Below, one piece after another: positions 19,801-34,800 of a stretch of DNA of 46,523 nucleotides; the first letter of the stretch is position 1; the number at the start of each line of letters is the position of its first letter. The notes below the pieces were generated by a model, which was given only the letters and a program-made list of their open reading frames with translations, ran no database searches and was not told where the DNA came from. The DNA comes from an uncultured Bacteroidaceae bacterium (lineage in GTDB: Bacteria; Bacillota; Clostridia; Christensenellales; CAG-917), in the NCBI GenBank assembly GCA_964367645.1, contig CAYIYN010000001.1, forward strand, positions 1 through 46,523. Reading direction: 5' to 3'. The translations under genes were made by a program, and so were the position numbers.

Positions 19801-22800
19801 AGCAGTCCGAGAGCCCAGTTGATAAAGGTTTCATTAAATCCTTCGTCATAGGCACCGAGTCCTGAAGAAGTTATTGTAAGAGAAAGATTAAGACCTACTC
19901 CTATGTTATCAAGGCCGATAGCACCTGTTTCAATGTTATAGACTTCCGAGTATGCGATGACTTTATCGCCCGTTTCAGACACTATGTAGCTGTCTTCTTG
20001 ATATTTGTAATCGCCTTCTAAAGCAGATACAAAATTAAAGCCCGTGCCGACTGCCGCCGATTCAAGTTGCGCGTCGGTGCGTTTAACATACAAATCTCCG
20101 GACTGGATATACTTTCCTCTTTCCGTTGCACCTGCAGCCACAATGTTATAGCGTTGTCCGCTGTATTCTTCACCGCTTTCAAGGCTAACAAATCCTCCGA
20201 GAATGTGGTTGTATCTTGTGAGTCCGGCATGCGTCGCCGCGTTGTAATTTTCATGCAATTTTGCAAGATAGTCGCCGCTCTTGTGAGCGTTTATCCCTAA
20301 CTCCATGACATCAATCGAACCGTACAGACCTTCTGTGAACTTGGCAGCAATGCTAAGATGCGTTGTGCGGTCGTCAGTGCCGTATTCGTTGGGCACATAT
20401 CCGAAACTCTCGATGAACACGTCGCCGAGGTTGGGGAGAAGGTCATGCAATTCGTCACCGCGTGCCGCATAAATTCTGTTTGCGATGGCGTTGATTGTTG
20501 CAAGAGATAACTGCAGTGAGAAGTACTGAGGATTGATGATTGCCGCCAGGTACGCCTTGTCGTGCAGCGTAATATTGCCTGCATTCTCAATGGACGCGGC
20601 ATACGCTTCGCTTTCGCCCGTTGCCGGTTCGTGTCCAAGGAATCCGCCGAGAGCGTCCTCCAATATGGAACTTAGTCCCAGTCCTCCGATAGAAATCTTT
20701 GCTGTGCTGCCAAGCAGAGCCGTGCCGTCGATATAAATATTGTCGTTGTATAGATACACTGCAAGAAGCGCCTGTTCGTTAAGTACTCCCGCATCGTCAT
20801 ATTGAATGATTTCAAGTGCAATCACCGTCTGGGTGAAATCTACAAAATCAAGGAATGCGTTGATGTTGAGTCTTAAGAAAGGCCCGATCGCGTTGCCGAT
20901 TTCATCGGTTATCCTTGCGCGGAAAATAGAGCCGGTGTAGTCGCCGGTGCTGTCAATAAGCCCTAGAACAAGTCCGATTAGTTCCGATAAGTCGACCACG
21001 TTGGCATCGTTTGTTGTGTCATCACTGCCATAGAGGCTGATGTTAAGTCCGATGTCAAGCGACAAAGTGGACTGTTTGAAGTCAGCATAATCGGTAATCG
21101 GTGTGTCTTCCTCGTCAATATATACGCCAACGCTGTTTGTTGCAACCGTAAGTTTGTCCTTGTTTAACCACAAACTGAGGTTTCCGATTCCAAGTCTTAA
21201 CGCAAGGTCGCCTATCTTGAGATATTTGCCCGTTGCGCTTTCGGAGAAGCCAATACCGCTTGCATTTACATCGTATCTGTTGCCTGCCCATTCGGGATAA
21301 GCAAAGTCAATCAGTGCATACTCGGTGCTGGACAACATCATATAAGCACTTGTTGAAGTAAGATCGGTACGAGTTGTGCTTATGTAGCCGTTGCCATCGC
21401 TGTCGATGTCGAACGTGACGCCGCTCCAATCCGTTTCCGCCCACTCGTTATAAGTTGCTTTGAGCAGATACTCGGGTTTGTCATATGCTTCAGCCGTTAC
21501 GATATACTGGCCGCTTTCCGACACGGTGAACGTGCTGTCGCCACTGAGTGCGTATCTTGTAACGCCCATTCCTGCCGTCACAGAACCATAAATAAGCGAA
21601 TAATTATTTCCGCCCGTAGTTATGCCACGGAGAACGTATTCGCCGCTTGTGCCTTCTGCTCTTGCATAGCCTGTCGCGTCGGCAACAATATAAGTGGTAC
21701 CGGTCCAGTCTTCGCCGTAAGTACCCTCATATTCGGCAAGTGTGATAAATTCTTCATAACCTGCCGCAAATCCAAGGTTAACGATAATGGAGGGCTGTCC
21801 GCCGCCGAGGTTGATGACCACGCCGGAGGTATCCATGTCGTTGGTTATCTTGAGTTTGGGTAGATATTGAGCGATGCTTTCCATTTCGGGAGAAAGCATT
21901 GAGATGAGGTCGCCGAAAAGGTCTGCATTAAGACCCACTGCGACGATATCGTTGGCAACCAACAGTTGTCCCAAGATAATATTCAAAATATCCCAAATGT
22001 TTTCGGGGATAATGCCGGTATTTGTGCCTTCCGGAGCCGCTGCGATGGCTTCTGCCGACGCAGTGTCGGTTTCACCGCCAAGTCCGCTAAGGTCGATTCC
22101 TTCGATTTTAAGTTTTCCAAAGAAGTCCCCGAAGCCTACTACTCTGCCAATATCGCCAAGATTGAGATAGAGATTGAGCAGACCTTCGTCCGTAATTTGA
22201 GCCCAAATTTCTACACAAGCAATATTATCCGCACCGTGGAAGTTGGTATTGTAGGTGAACTTGATGTATGCTTCCAGTCCACGGAGCATGTCAAACACGC
22301 CTGCGCCGCCGGATATGCCTTCAATAAGATTGCCAATGTCGAGTTTAACTTTGAGGTCAAGCGTGCCGCCGATTACGCTTGTGAATTCAGTGTTCGATGT
22401 CGAAATCGACGCCAAGATGAATTCAAAATAAGAGTAGAGGTCGGTGTCAATAAATTTGGACATCTGTTTCGTCCAGTTGATGACGTCGCTGAGTTCAAGG
22501 TCGACATCAAGCGACAATCCGATTTCAGCAGTTTCAAGATCTCCAAGCAATTCCACTATATCAAGGTCACCGCCGTTGATAAGGTTGTTCAGGTTCAAAC
22601 TCATAACACGGGTGTAGTTGGAGAAGTCCCTGTTTGGTTTATAGTAAGCCTTGTCAATGCTTAGCGATGCAAAGTCGGTGACCTTTGTGAAGTTGGACAC
22701 GTCTGTTGAGTAAGGCATTGCATTGATGCCGTCATTGAGCACATACAAATCGCCCTTGACTTCGGGGTCCCAAATAGGCGCGCCGTATTCGTCAAACAGA

Positions 22801-25800
22801 GCACTGTCAAGAACTCTCACGTAAGAGATAGCGGGCAATCTGTACATCCATATGCCTTCGCTCTTGAACTCGTTGAACTGTGTTTCGGTGTATACTTCGT
22901 CCGCTTTGACATAATATTTGAAATCCGTCTTTTGGACAAAAGGTCCTACTTGGACAGCGTCGGCGAGAACTACACCGGAGTCGGTTATGCCGTCGGCAAG
23001 TTTGCCCTTATTGACTGCATTGCCCACTTTAAGATATGCGTCCTCATACGAAACTGAGTCGTCGCGTATGAAGTTGGCGTAATAATTGATATAGTTGTCT
23101 GCAACGTCCGGTTGCTGTTCTATGGTCGTTATATTCTTGTAGGTGGTGTCCTTTGCAGTAAAGCTTTCAATCGTTCCGAAGTCTATAACAGAACTGTCTT
23201 CGGTGCCGTTGAACAACTGTAACACCAGCGTCAAGTCAAGCACGCCTTGTGTACCGTCCGCGGTAAACACGTCGAGGGTAAATCCGACGCTCCAAGGAGC
23301 AAGGTTCAGTTTGAGTTTGACCATAAAGTTGGGCAGTTCTATGCTACCCAAGTCGACACCGAGAGCATTGAGCAACAACTCAAAGAATCCCTTTGTGATT
23401 TGAACAGCCAATGCGCGCGTCAATATATTGATATACGCGCCCGCAAGGAGCGGATTTGCCGCAGTTTCGACATAACCGCCGGATTCGGAACTTGCCGCAG
23501 TCAACGCTTCGCTGCTGCTTCCTCCGAGTATCGCTTCGCTATCGCCCGCAAGAAGTCCCGCCAACAATTCTTCAATTGTATAATCACTCAAATCAATGGC
23601 AAGTTTCGCGCCTTCACCGAATATCCATTCAAGGTCGACGCACAGACCCGCAATACCGGTATCGGCATCGTGAGTGTAGTAAATGCCAAGGAAGTGAGTC
23701 AAAGTGCCGTCCGTCTGATCTGTTGCATCGTTTTCACGACGCCACATATCAATGGCTAGATCGAGGTCATAAATTTCAAGTGAAAGACCGGGCGTCCAGT
23801 TAAGTTTGAATGCAAGGTTTATCTTGATTTCAAACAAAATTTCGCCTGTGAAGCTTTCCATTATTCTGACCATTACGCCGTCGAGGTCGCCAAGTAGACC
23901 GCCCAAAACCTCCGCAAGTGTTGTTTCGACTCCCGTGGTGTAGAGCACGTATTGGAAGTTGTCGGAAGATGTCTGGAAATATTCGCCTTGATTTGTCGTA
24001 AAGCGTTTTTCAGGTGCGACGTAGGCAGGCGATAACGGATTTATAAGAGAAGCCATTGTATACGGAATTTCTCTGCCTGCATTGAGCAGGTCCAGATAAT
24101 CGGCAACGCTGACGTAATCGTAATAACCCGTTGTGTACAAACCTCCGCGGATTGTCAGCGAAATGAAGTACATATCGTCGCTGTCCACGTATTCGATGGA
24201 ATTCGCTCTATAAGTGGTTGCAACACTTCCTTCGGGCTTTTCTATAAAGCCTCTTTCTTCATCGCTCCACACATAGTTTCCTTCCTCGTCTTCTGTGTAT
24301 GCGCTATACAGCGTCGTAGCGTAGAGGATAGCGTTCATTTCTTCATAGGTTGCAACGTCATAGTGGTAAGTGTACAGATACTCGGAGAGTGACATATATC
24401 CTCTCGTCCAAGCGTCGTAAACATAAGATTTGATTTCTTCTGCGCTGAGTGCCGTCGCCGCAGGCTCGTTTTCAAGTGCGGTGTTGAGCGTGAAGTTACG
24501 GCTTACAAGATTCCAATAGTAAGTTCCTTCTGCGCCGTTTATTTGAGTGGATTTTTCAAAGGATGCATAGTCGATATACTCAACGTTAAGCACGTTTTCG
24601 GAAGTAACGCGGACGTATTTAACGGCTTCCGCATCGACTCCGTAACGCTCATAATTTTCCGCAGTGTCTTTTACGTATACATTGCGGTACCACTCTTGCT
24701 CATACAGATAGGCTTTGGTCAGTCTGACATAGACGTCAAAACTTTCGCCGATATCGACTCTCAAGAAGAAGTCGGGATTATTGCTGCAATCGGGATCATT
24801 TGCAAAGTTTTTGCCTGACGTAAAGTCAATCATTTCATCTGCCGCAAAGTTGACTTTTGTGGGTCCCTCGCCGCCGAAAAGGCTGACTACGTTAACAAAT
24901 TCGTTGCCGCTGAAGACATACAAATCCTCAACCGTAATGGCAAAATATTCGCCGCGATAATACATATATCTGAGATTGTTTGCACTTCCGTCGCTGTTGA
25001 CGTAATTTTCTACAATCTTGATGCCCGTATCCGTTTCCGCGCCGTTCAAATACGCCGTCCTCTCCGTTTGATTAAGAATCCATTCGTTTTTGGTTTCTTC
25101 TCCACCGATAAATCCATACAAATAGTCTTCCGCCTTGATATAGAGGTCATACTCGGGGGCGGCAACGCCGTTTTCGGTTTCATATTCGTCTTTTGTAATG
25201 TACTTATACCCTTGCACGCCAAATTCAGGAGAACCGATGTTGATACCGAGTTCGTACTCCCAAAGATAAAGTTGTACCGTTATCAAAGGTTTTCTGACAG
25301 TTTTGTCAATTTGAGCGACCAACATGTCTTCGTCATTCAATCTCGTGAAAGTATATAGTTCGATTGCGGTGTATGGGCTGGTGTCGCTTACATATTCATA
25401 CTGCCCGTCGCCCGTGTTTACATAGGAGCCTGCACCTGAGGTTGTTATGTAGAAAGCATAATCTCCAAGGGCAGCCTCTTTTTGTGCCGAAGACGCGGTT
25501 TCTGCCAAAACGTAACTGTTGACGACGTAAATGTACGCTCCGTTGTCTTCGCTGTTGAAGGTGTAGTTATCGCCGTCTTTGTCAAATGTCACAAAACATT
25601 TTTCCGCGTTATCTTTTTCTATGGACGTAGCTTTGGTCAGTTCTTGATAGTGGAAGTCGTTTATACCACTGCCTGTTATGACTTTGATATAAGCCTCGTA
25701 AGTAGACAGTGTATAGAAGTGCTTGCCGGAAATAAGATAAGCGGCTTCTTGCTCTGCGGTCAAGTCGGAACGAAGTTGGTAGAGCCCCTTACTGTCAATA

Positions 25801-28800
25801 TAGTAAGTGCCTGTTTCGTCGTTTTCTACCTTTTCAAAGCGGAACTCGGATACCTTCAACTCATCAAGGTTAGGTCCGCTTCCGTTGCTAACGCGCAATG
25901 AATCTTCTTCGGCTTGCGAGTAGTCCTTGTAGAAGTACGTCGCATTGTCGGTGTTGATTTGAACGAAAGGCTTTTTGGTGAAGTTGTAATTGAACTCCAG
26001 TTTGCTGTCGCCCGTCATCAATAGCCCGATAATTTGATTGATGTAATCCGGATTGACAATGACTTGTATGAACATTGAAGTAATACGGATACCCCAAGCA
26101 AACGCGGTTAGGTAGCCTGCGATTTCGTTGCTAAGTAGCGGCAGAGCGGTTGCACTTGCGGTTTCGTCATCGGCAACCGACAGCGCTTCGCTTTCCGATG
26201 CACCCAGTGAGATGCCTCCTTCGAGCAAAGATGCCAATGCATCGCGCAAACCGTAACTGTTGATGTAGATGCTGGGTATTGAGAAATAACTTAGGTCAAT
26301 ATACAAACCTCCGCGCACTCTCTCATATTGTCCCAACGGGTTGGCATAGCAGTAAGTTGCGTCGTACGAATAGAACGTATCAATCAAAGGATCCATTCCT
26401 TCATAACGGGGTTGATAAGTTTCGGTTGTTTCATTGTAGAAATATTCGCCCGTATGATTTTCATAGTAATGATCGTAGCGGTCTTCTAATGCAATTTCTT
26501 CAAGAGCCGCTCCGCTCCTCTTCTCAAATTGACCGCTGACTACATACAGACCAAGCAGCGTATGTGTTTCTTCAAAGTATTCGTTGCCGAACTTCCTGTC
26601 GGCAGTCGTTTGGATGATTATGGATGCATTGATATAACTGAGCAAATCACCGATATTTATGCTATCGATATTGGCTATGACGTTCTTGAAGATTTCGATT
26701 ATATCCATAATGGACATATCTTCATTGATGTTGCCAATGCCCGAGTTAAAATCAAACTGACGGAAGTAGTTGAGCAACGCGGCGAATTTTATTTCCACGT
26801 TGATAACCAGTTCTATCTTGCGGTTGACGTCACCGCCGCCGTCCGCCATAGCGGAAATGATGGCTGCAAGATTATCGTAATCTTCCTCAGGGAAGAAGTA
26901 TCCCAAAACTTCGGTGAGGTCAATGTCGTTTTCGGCTCCGGACTTGAATGATGTTGTTATATCAATAGTTTCCGTGAGCATGAAACGGTCAATTTGGGTG
27001 ATTTCCTGATACTCTGCAATTTCTTCTGCCGTGAGCGTATAGTTATGCTCCAACATAAACGAGATGTTCAAGTTGCGGATTGCCACCAAAAGATTGAGTT
27101 CGGCATCGGTGGCTTCGAGGTTGCCCGCATCGGAAGATGTACGTCTGAAATACGTCGTGTTTGCGTCGATATCGCCGATATTTAGCAATTCATTGCGGTC
27201 AAAGCGCGCGCCTGATATAACTTCGCCTTTGGCAACAGCACGGTATTTTCCGCTTGCCGCGTCAAACACGTACATACCTGTGGCGTTGTTTGACGAGAAC
27301 CAGTAGTCGCCTTCAACTGCCACACCTTCCATAACGCCTTTTGCCTGAATCTGCGTTCTATCGGTGACTTCTATATAGCGGTCGCCTTCAAGTCCGAGCG
27401 TTACTTCGACAACGAGGTCAACCCCGTCGTTGAAATTCAGTTGAATGCCTGCGCCTGCGATGAGTTGGTCAGAGATATAGTCATCGAGATCCAAACCTTC
27501 GACCAGCAGTTCAATCAACATTCTTATGAACTTGTTGGCAATGTTTACCATAAGTTGACGCTTGCTGATAAGCAGCAGCACGTCGAATTCCGAGTTGACA
27601 ACGCTTGCGGCGCTAAGTGCTTCGCTGTCGGCAGATGACGGAATTTCATTTTCTGTATAAATATCTTTGACGAGAATATCTCCAAGATATTGTTCGATGA
27701 GGCCGGAAATCAAGTCGCTTGTTATGCTCAATTTGGGCATTTCGAGTACCGCAGCATCAAGATAGAAGATGTTCTGCAAATAATACAGACCTATCCACAG
27801 TTTTTCTGCGCCGGTTTCGGTAATGCTGAAGAATTCCACAGAAATTTCGGAGTTTGTCAGTTTTGACATATCCAAGATAATGGAAACGTCCAAACGGAAA
27901 TGAGCCGAAGAATAACCTTTCGCCGTTTCGGGCATTTCAATGACGATGCCTTCGATGTCACCGAGCAATTTGGAGAATATGGTTCCTATGTCCAGAAGCC
28001 CTTCCGTGACGCCCAGTTCAAGTTCAATGGAGAAATTGAGTGCCACTGAGGATTCGTAGAACGGCATAAGCGGAATCACCACCTCGGGATTATCGCGCGA
28101 TACGCCGTTAAGGACATAATCGGGGATAAGTTTGTCGCTTGCACCGAAAGCAAGAGCGATGCCGCCGAGTTTAATCCCCAATGAAATATCTTCGACGTTG
28201 ATGTCAAGTCCGATATAGAACTCATCAATTTTGGTATAAGGACTCAATCTGCGGTAATTGGTGCCCGAATATTCCAACTCATAACCGTATGCACGGTCTG
28301 CAAAGTGGTCTATTTCGCGGTATGCGCAGCCGTAGAAGATGTAATATGTGGTACCGACGTCATACGTTGTCGTATTTGTTTCCGATTTGCCGGTAAGGCT
28401 GCCTTCGTCGTCAATATAAAGCGTGTAGTTGGAACGCAGGAAGAATTCCGCATTATCGGCGAATTCGTCGCCTTCCCAGTTGCCTATGACAGCATAGTTG
28501 CCGTCTGTATCGTTTAAAGACCAAGTGATTTTATCGTAATACGAATATCTTTCAAAGACGGGTATGACAAGTCCGTAAACGTCTTGGTATGCGGTTTCTC
28601 CGTCGGATAGCGTTACCACTCTGTCTTGTTGCAGATAGTACACTGCAGCATGAGTAAACGCCTCATCGTCTTCTATCGTGGCGGCGAAAGTTACGTCATA
28701 GAGAGTCGCGCCCGCGGGTGCGCCGGTGCCGTCGTATATGGAAATATAATAATCAGTTCCGTTTGTCACTTTGTAATACGCGCCCGCGGCACTTTCGGTC

Positions 28801-31800
28801 ACCGTATCAACTTTATATGTAGTACCTTCGTAGATATTAGCAATTACTGCTTCTTCGTCAACGCCTGTGCCGAGTCCGTCGGTAAAGGGTTCATATTCGT
28901 ATCTTCCGGAGTCAAATCCTAAAGTTATATCAAATACGTTAAATATCTCTTCAACCGAGCCAAGATCGGGGAGCAGTACCGCAAGAACCATGGCAATAAG
29001 TGATTTCATCAAAACGATTTGTATGCCGAGGTCGGAATAAAGCAGCATCAAGGTGGCGTCACGTTCAACCGTAATATCAGCTGACGATGCAGCAAGTGCA
29101 GAGTTGTCGGAGGCGCCTTCGCCCGAATCTTCGGCGGTGGCATCTTCGCCCGTTATCAATCTCATCAGCAATTCGGTGAAGTTTGGAACGTAAGAATAGT
29201 TGCCGGCAATATCAAAGAGGTTGGTACCGTCAAGATAGAGCATTCCTCTGTACAGATAAATTCCTGCCATAATGGTGGGTTTACCTTCGGAATTTAAGAG
29301 TATCTCGCCGTTTTCGTCGAGTTCAAGCAATTCAAGCGCTATCTCGATGGTGTCTAAGTCGCTGTTCTCAAGGAATTTAACAAATTTGCTTTCCTTGCCG
29401 TATACGGCGATTGTGCCGTTTGATACACCGCTGGCGTGTCTAGTGGCATCATATGCCACATAACTGCCGCCTTCCAGAATAAACTTGTCTTCATCGGCAG
29501 CCGCCGCGATTTGATCTTGGGTCATCACATAAAATGTATCCTCTCCAAGCAAAGCTGCGATGTCTACGGCTGCAAGATCGACTTTGAGGGAAACGCGGCC
29601 CAAAACAGTGTCGCCGAATACGCTCGTCGTCTTTGCCGCAATAAGGACGTCGGAAAGCCAGTTTTCAATTAAGCCCCCGAGTCTGTCGTTGCTTGCAATC
29701 GCCTTTGAGTCGAATGACAAACCGAGATTTAGACTGAGTTTAATATTTTGACTGTCGTAATTGGTAGAATACCGCTCATATGCCAGTTTATCTGAACTCA
29801 AACCGCTCAAACTGACATTTCTTAGATATGTCTGCGTGCTTACAACTTCGCCTTCCGCAATTGCACGGTAGCTGTCAAGCGAAGCGTCAAACACAAAGTT
29901 TCCGTTTGCACTTTCTACGTAGTTGTAGACCTTTTCGGCAGTGGAAATAGCATAGCGCGCGTCTGCCGCCACACCGGAAATTGTTGCAGAGGCATCGAAG
30001 ATTCTCTTCAAAATTGTATCTTCCGTATACGTGCCCTGCACGTTCTTGCTGAACACATAGTAATCTCTTGCCGCGATGTCAACTCTGATTTCTTGTGTCG
30101 CCGTGTCTGAAATCACAAAATATCTGGATTTGTAACTGTCTGCAGCACCTGAACCGACGACTTCATAGATTGCATTTATTTCTGTAAGCTCGCTGTATAC
30201 TGCGGGACTTGCTTGTGTAGCAGGAACGGAATCGTACACCAAAGCACCCGCCATATTACGGACAACGTGACGTTCATATCTTTGCGCTTCGCCGATATTT
30301 TCATCTGCCTTAATAAGACGGAAAGCATTGCTTGCTATATCGAACATATACGCGCCTTCTGCATTGGGCAGGAAGGTATAATAACTTTCGGCAGAAGGTT
30401 TGTAATAGTCGGCTGTGTCGCCGTTTATCAGTCCGACTATGTTGACGATATAATCGGTTATGTCAACAAAGTGCAGCAATTCGGAGGCATCGACGATGCC
30501 TTCGTAGTCGGTTTTTGCAATATCCAGTTTAAGTCCCAGACCGAGTTTGAGCCCTACGTTGTAGCCCGTTGCCGTGACCATCTTGATGCCAAGCGACAAT
30601 TTGTCGTCCATATCGGCATCGTTGAATTTCAAGAATATACCGCTTTGATTTTCGTCAAAGTCGATGCCTTCCATTTCAAAATCAATGTTGAGCAAGAACT
30701 TGATGAATGCGGGCAACATATCGGAATAGAACAGAATATCGATGCTGTCAAAGTTGTTGTACCAAAACTCGCCGCCACCCTTATATCTCGGTGATACCTG
30801 CAGAATTATTCTTCTGATGAGTACGTTGAGCAGTCCGAGAATATCAAATGAAGCGGATTCTTCTTCGTCCGCGGTGGTAAGTGCTTCGGCAGAGCCTACT
30901 CCGATGAGTCCTAGCAAGAAGTTCAAATCAAGTTTGATTTGAGGTCCGCCGAGGTCGGAGGTGTCGAGGAAAATCTCGCCTTCAATCAAATAGATTCCCA
31001 GTTTCGCTTCGGTAAACTCGCCGGGATTGAAGATAAGTTCCACTCCGAGGTCCAAAGCCGCCAAAATTAATTCAAGCGAGAATTCGAGTTCGTCAAACTT
31101 GCCTTGAAGAATGTCGTCAAAGCCTATGGCTTCAAGGTCAAGTGCGCCCGAAAGTTTTAGAACGAAATTATCGCTCATCTCGTCGTTGAGGTAGATATTG
31201 AGCCCCAATTGTTGGAACAGAGCATTGAGCAGGTTCTTTACCAGACCTTCTTCCATGCCGGTGACAAGACCTTTCACTGCGTCAAGTCCTACGATAAAGT
31301 CAACCAAACCGCCAAGTTCAATAGGGTCTTTTATGTAGAGTCCGTTGGGATCTTGCACATACACGCCGTCTGTTACACGTTTGGAGTAACGGTCGGCATC
31401 GTCATAGAGCGCAGCACTTGCCGCGTCAAGCAAAATATATGTGGAGTCAAGACCGTATTCAATGGCGATTTCCAGTTCAAAATAGACAATCTTGTTGTCT
31501 TCGTAATCCTGGAAGCGGTCGTCGCCCTCCTGCGCGCCCGTGTATTTATAGTAGACCTTATCCACTAGATACTCGGTATCGGCAGTCTTTGTATAGACCG
31601 ATGCATTCTTTTCATAAGCGTGTGCAATGTTAAACTGCGATTCGCCTTCCGCCTTATCACCTACGGTGAGCACAGAATAATTGCCGTCAAGCGACCATTT
31701 ATAGCGTGCTTCGCTTATCATCGATTCAACTTTGCTGTTTCTGTTTGCGGAAATCTTTGGTTGCAAGATGTATACGCCGAAATTTATCAGTTCGCTTGCC

Positions 31801-34800
31801 AAATCAATCTTGAGTGCCACTTCGGCGAAATCGATGTCCAAAGACAGCTCCATGCCGTAGTCGGGCAACCTTTCGATGGCCGACGCAATATCGCTGTTAT
31901 CAGTGCCTTCAGTTGAGGTCAAGTTAATGATTAACCCGATAATCGACATGATAACTTGCTGTGTGACAAGCAGAGAAATCTTGTCGTTTGCAAGAGCAAG
32001 GAGAATTTCAAATGCCTCTTGTTCTTCGCCTTCGGAGGCGGCAAGAGCCTCACCGTCATCCTCGCTGCTTCCAAAACCTTCAAGCAGACCTTGTATCGAG
32101 CCGATAAGTAGGCTTGCAAACTGGGTGTCGTGGATAACGAAGTCCTTTTCGGACAGAATGCCCATATCAACCCAAATGTCGGAGCCGTCCATATAGACGC
32201 CAAGCATGGGTTCGCCTTTGACAACGTTGTATAGTTCAAACACAATTTGAGTGCTTTCCGGGTTCTCGAGCGAAAGGTTGGCGCCCAAAACCAATTGAAT
32301 ATCGAAAAGTATGTCTTCGGTAATTTCAACGCCGAATGCCAGCATGATTTCTTGCGCGAAGATGCTGATTATATCGTTAATAGGAAGTTCGCCGTCTTCC
32401 CAAACTCCCGTCGTCTGATTGAGTTGAAGTTTCAATTCAAGAGTGAGGTCAAGGCTCAAATCAGAGAAGTTATCAAAGCCGGTGTATGCGCTGTCGATAA
32501 CAGGGAAGTAAGGATTTACCACGGTCTTGTTCTTTGCAAAGCCGATGCTGAGTCCTGTCAGTTCAATCCCTAGTCTGAGAGGATCGATGCCGACTGAAAT
32601 GCCCAGTCCGTAGCCGTTCATGCCGTAGTCCAGTCTAAGATAACTGTTTTCTGGGTTTAGTTGGACAAATTGTTCGACATCAATTTGCTTTCCTGCAAGC
32701 AGTCCGACGATCATGCCTATCATGCCCGACGCAAGGTAAACGGTCAGGCTTTCGCTGTCCATCGTTAGACCGTGGATTGCTCCGCCGATAACTGTTGTAA
32801 TCGTGTCGAGAATACTAGGCTCGGTTTCTGCCGCCGCTTCTGCTTCGGAATCGCTTGCCGCACCCGCATCGGATTCCCCGTTTGCGCCAACGCCCGAGAG
32901 CAATGCCGCCAAATTCATGCCGGCAAGTTTGAGATGTACGTCGTCTATTATGTCAACGTTGCCGTCGATATAAAGAGTGCTTGTAGCAAGTTCCGTAACT
33001 GCGTTAGGATTGTCGCAAAGCAGAGTTATCGCAAGCATACGCGCCGCTTGAGCGTGAGCCTGAGTATCCGTTACCGCTTCATAATTGCCGTTGTAAATTT
33101 CGATGATAATGTCGGAGTGCGACAGCAGATAATTTATATCACCGATTTTGTTGGGATTGAACCGTAAGACTGCGGCAATGCGGAAACCAAGTTGCTGAAT
33201 AATGTCATAGTCGATGTCAAACGCAATCAGCAGTCTGTCTAACAGACTGACAACACTTTCGTTGGTTGTTGCGGGATCCAAGAAAAGATTTACCCAGTCG
33301 CCCACAGGCCATTCCGAATTATCGGTGTTGAAAGCCTCGAGGTCAATGGTGCCGGTCAACTCCACAAAAACCTGTTCGAGTCCTAAGGAAATATCGCCGA
33401 ATTCGTCAAAACTCAGCAGACTCATCAGAGTGTAGCCCGTGTCGGAACCGTCGAACACAAACTGTTCTTTTCCGTTTATGGGATTGATTGACTTTTTGTT
33501 GTGGTAACTGTCGATAGAAAGACTAAGTCCGTCAACATAAATTTGAACTTTGCCGGTTTCGTTGTTATCTGCGTCTTTGACTACAACTCCGAGGTCAAGC
33601 AAGTTTTTGCTTTCTGCCCAGGACAGTTCAAGCCACACGTCGAGTCCGACGGCGTTAATACCCACTGTATCCCAAAGGAACTCGGCAAGACCTTGAACAA
33701 GTTCTATGCGGAAGCTTTCTGTGGATAATTTTGCCGCAAGTTCAAATGCGATATCAAAATTCGCGGAGTCAAACTGCCAGTCGGCTGCCGCGCTTGCTTC
33801 GTTTTTGGGATTGACATAGATGCCTTCATAATCCCACTTAAACGTGCCGTTTTCGTCTTCAACGTACGCTTCTACGGCTTCGTATCTGGTTCCGATATAA
33901 GCATCGCCTTCGACGATGGCGGTATAACCCGTGGCGACATATTTATACGTGCCGCTTGCGGATTCAACATAATTGTTGCCTACTTTTTCATATCGGACGC
34001 CAATGTATGATTCTCCTGCGGCTATCTCTATGTATTCATAAACCGGTTTGTATGCTCCTTCGTCAGACTGCTTATAGCGAACACCCTTGCTGTAACGAGG
34101 TCCGTCATAATAAGCGGCGTTGTTAGAATCCATTTGCTCTGCCGTCAGTTCAGAATAACTGTTGAGAAGGAGAGGCAGAATAATTTCAAACAAATCCAGT
34201 TCAAGCGCCACTTTATCAATACCGAAATTGGTGGCGTCGAGATAGATTTTGCCGTCCAGATAGTAGATGCCGATAAGTAATTTTTGGTCCGGAGTCCCCC
34301 TATCTTTGCTTATTTCGATGAGCAGTTCCGATTCGTTGCCGGCAGTATAGACGGCATCCGTGCGTTTAAGCAGCACGTCGAAAAGTGGTTTGAGGTCAAG
34401 TGAGGCCTCAACACCAAGATTGTAGTCAAGGTTGAGCGTTTCTCCGAATATGAGGTCGCCGCCGCCGCCCAAGGGCGTCGTGCCTGCGTTGATTGTGCCC
34501 TCTATGCCGAGGTTTAGAGCAAGCCAAACGTACGGTTCGGCAAACACGTCAACAAATTGATATTCACTGTCCGCAGGGTCGAGGTTTGAGCCTGCGGGCA
34601 CTTCATTGATGCCTGCGTTAAGATTGCCCAGCGCGATGTCGAGTTCAAAATTGCCGCCTATGCCTGCATAAACAAGAAGTTCAAGCTCCGTCAAATTTAA
34701 GCCGTCGGCGAGCGTCACGCGGATACCACCGTTGAATGGTTCGTCTTCAATGCCGATTGCAAATTCTGCGGGCAGTCCGCCGATAAGTGTGAATAATTTT

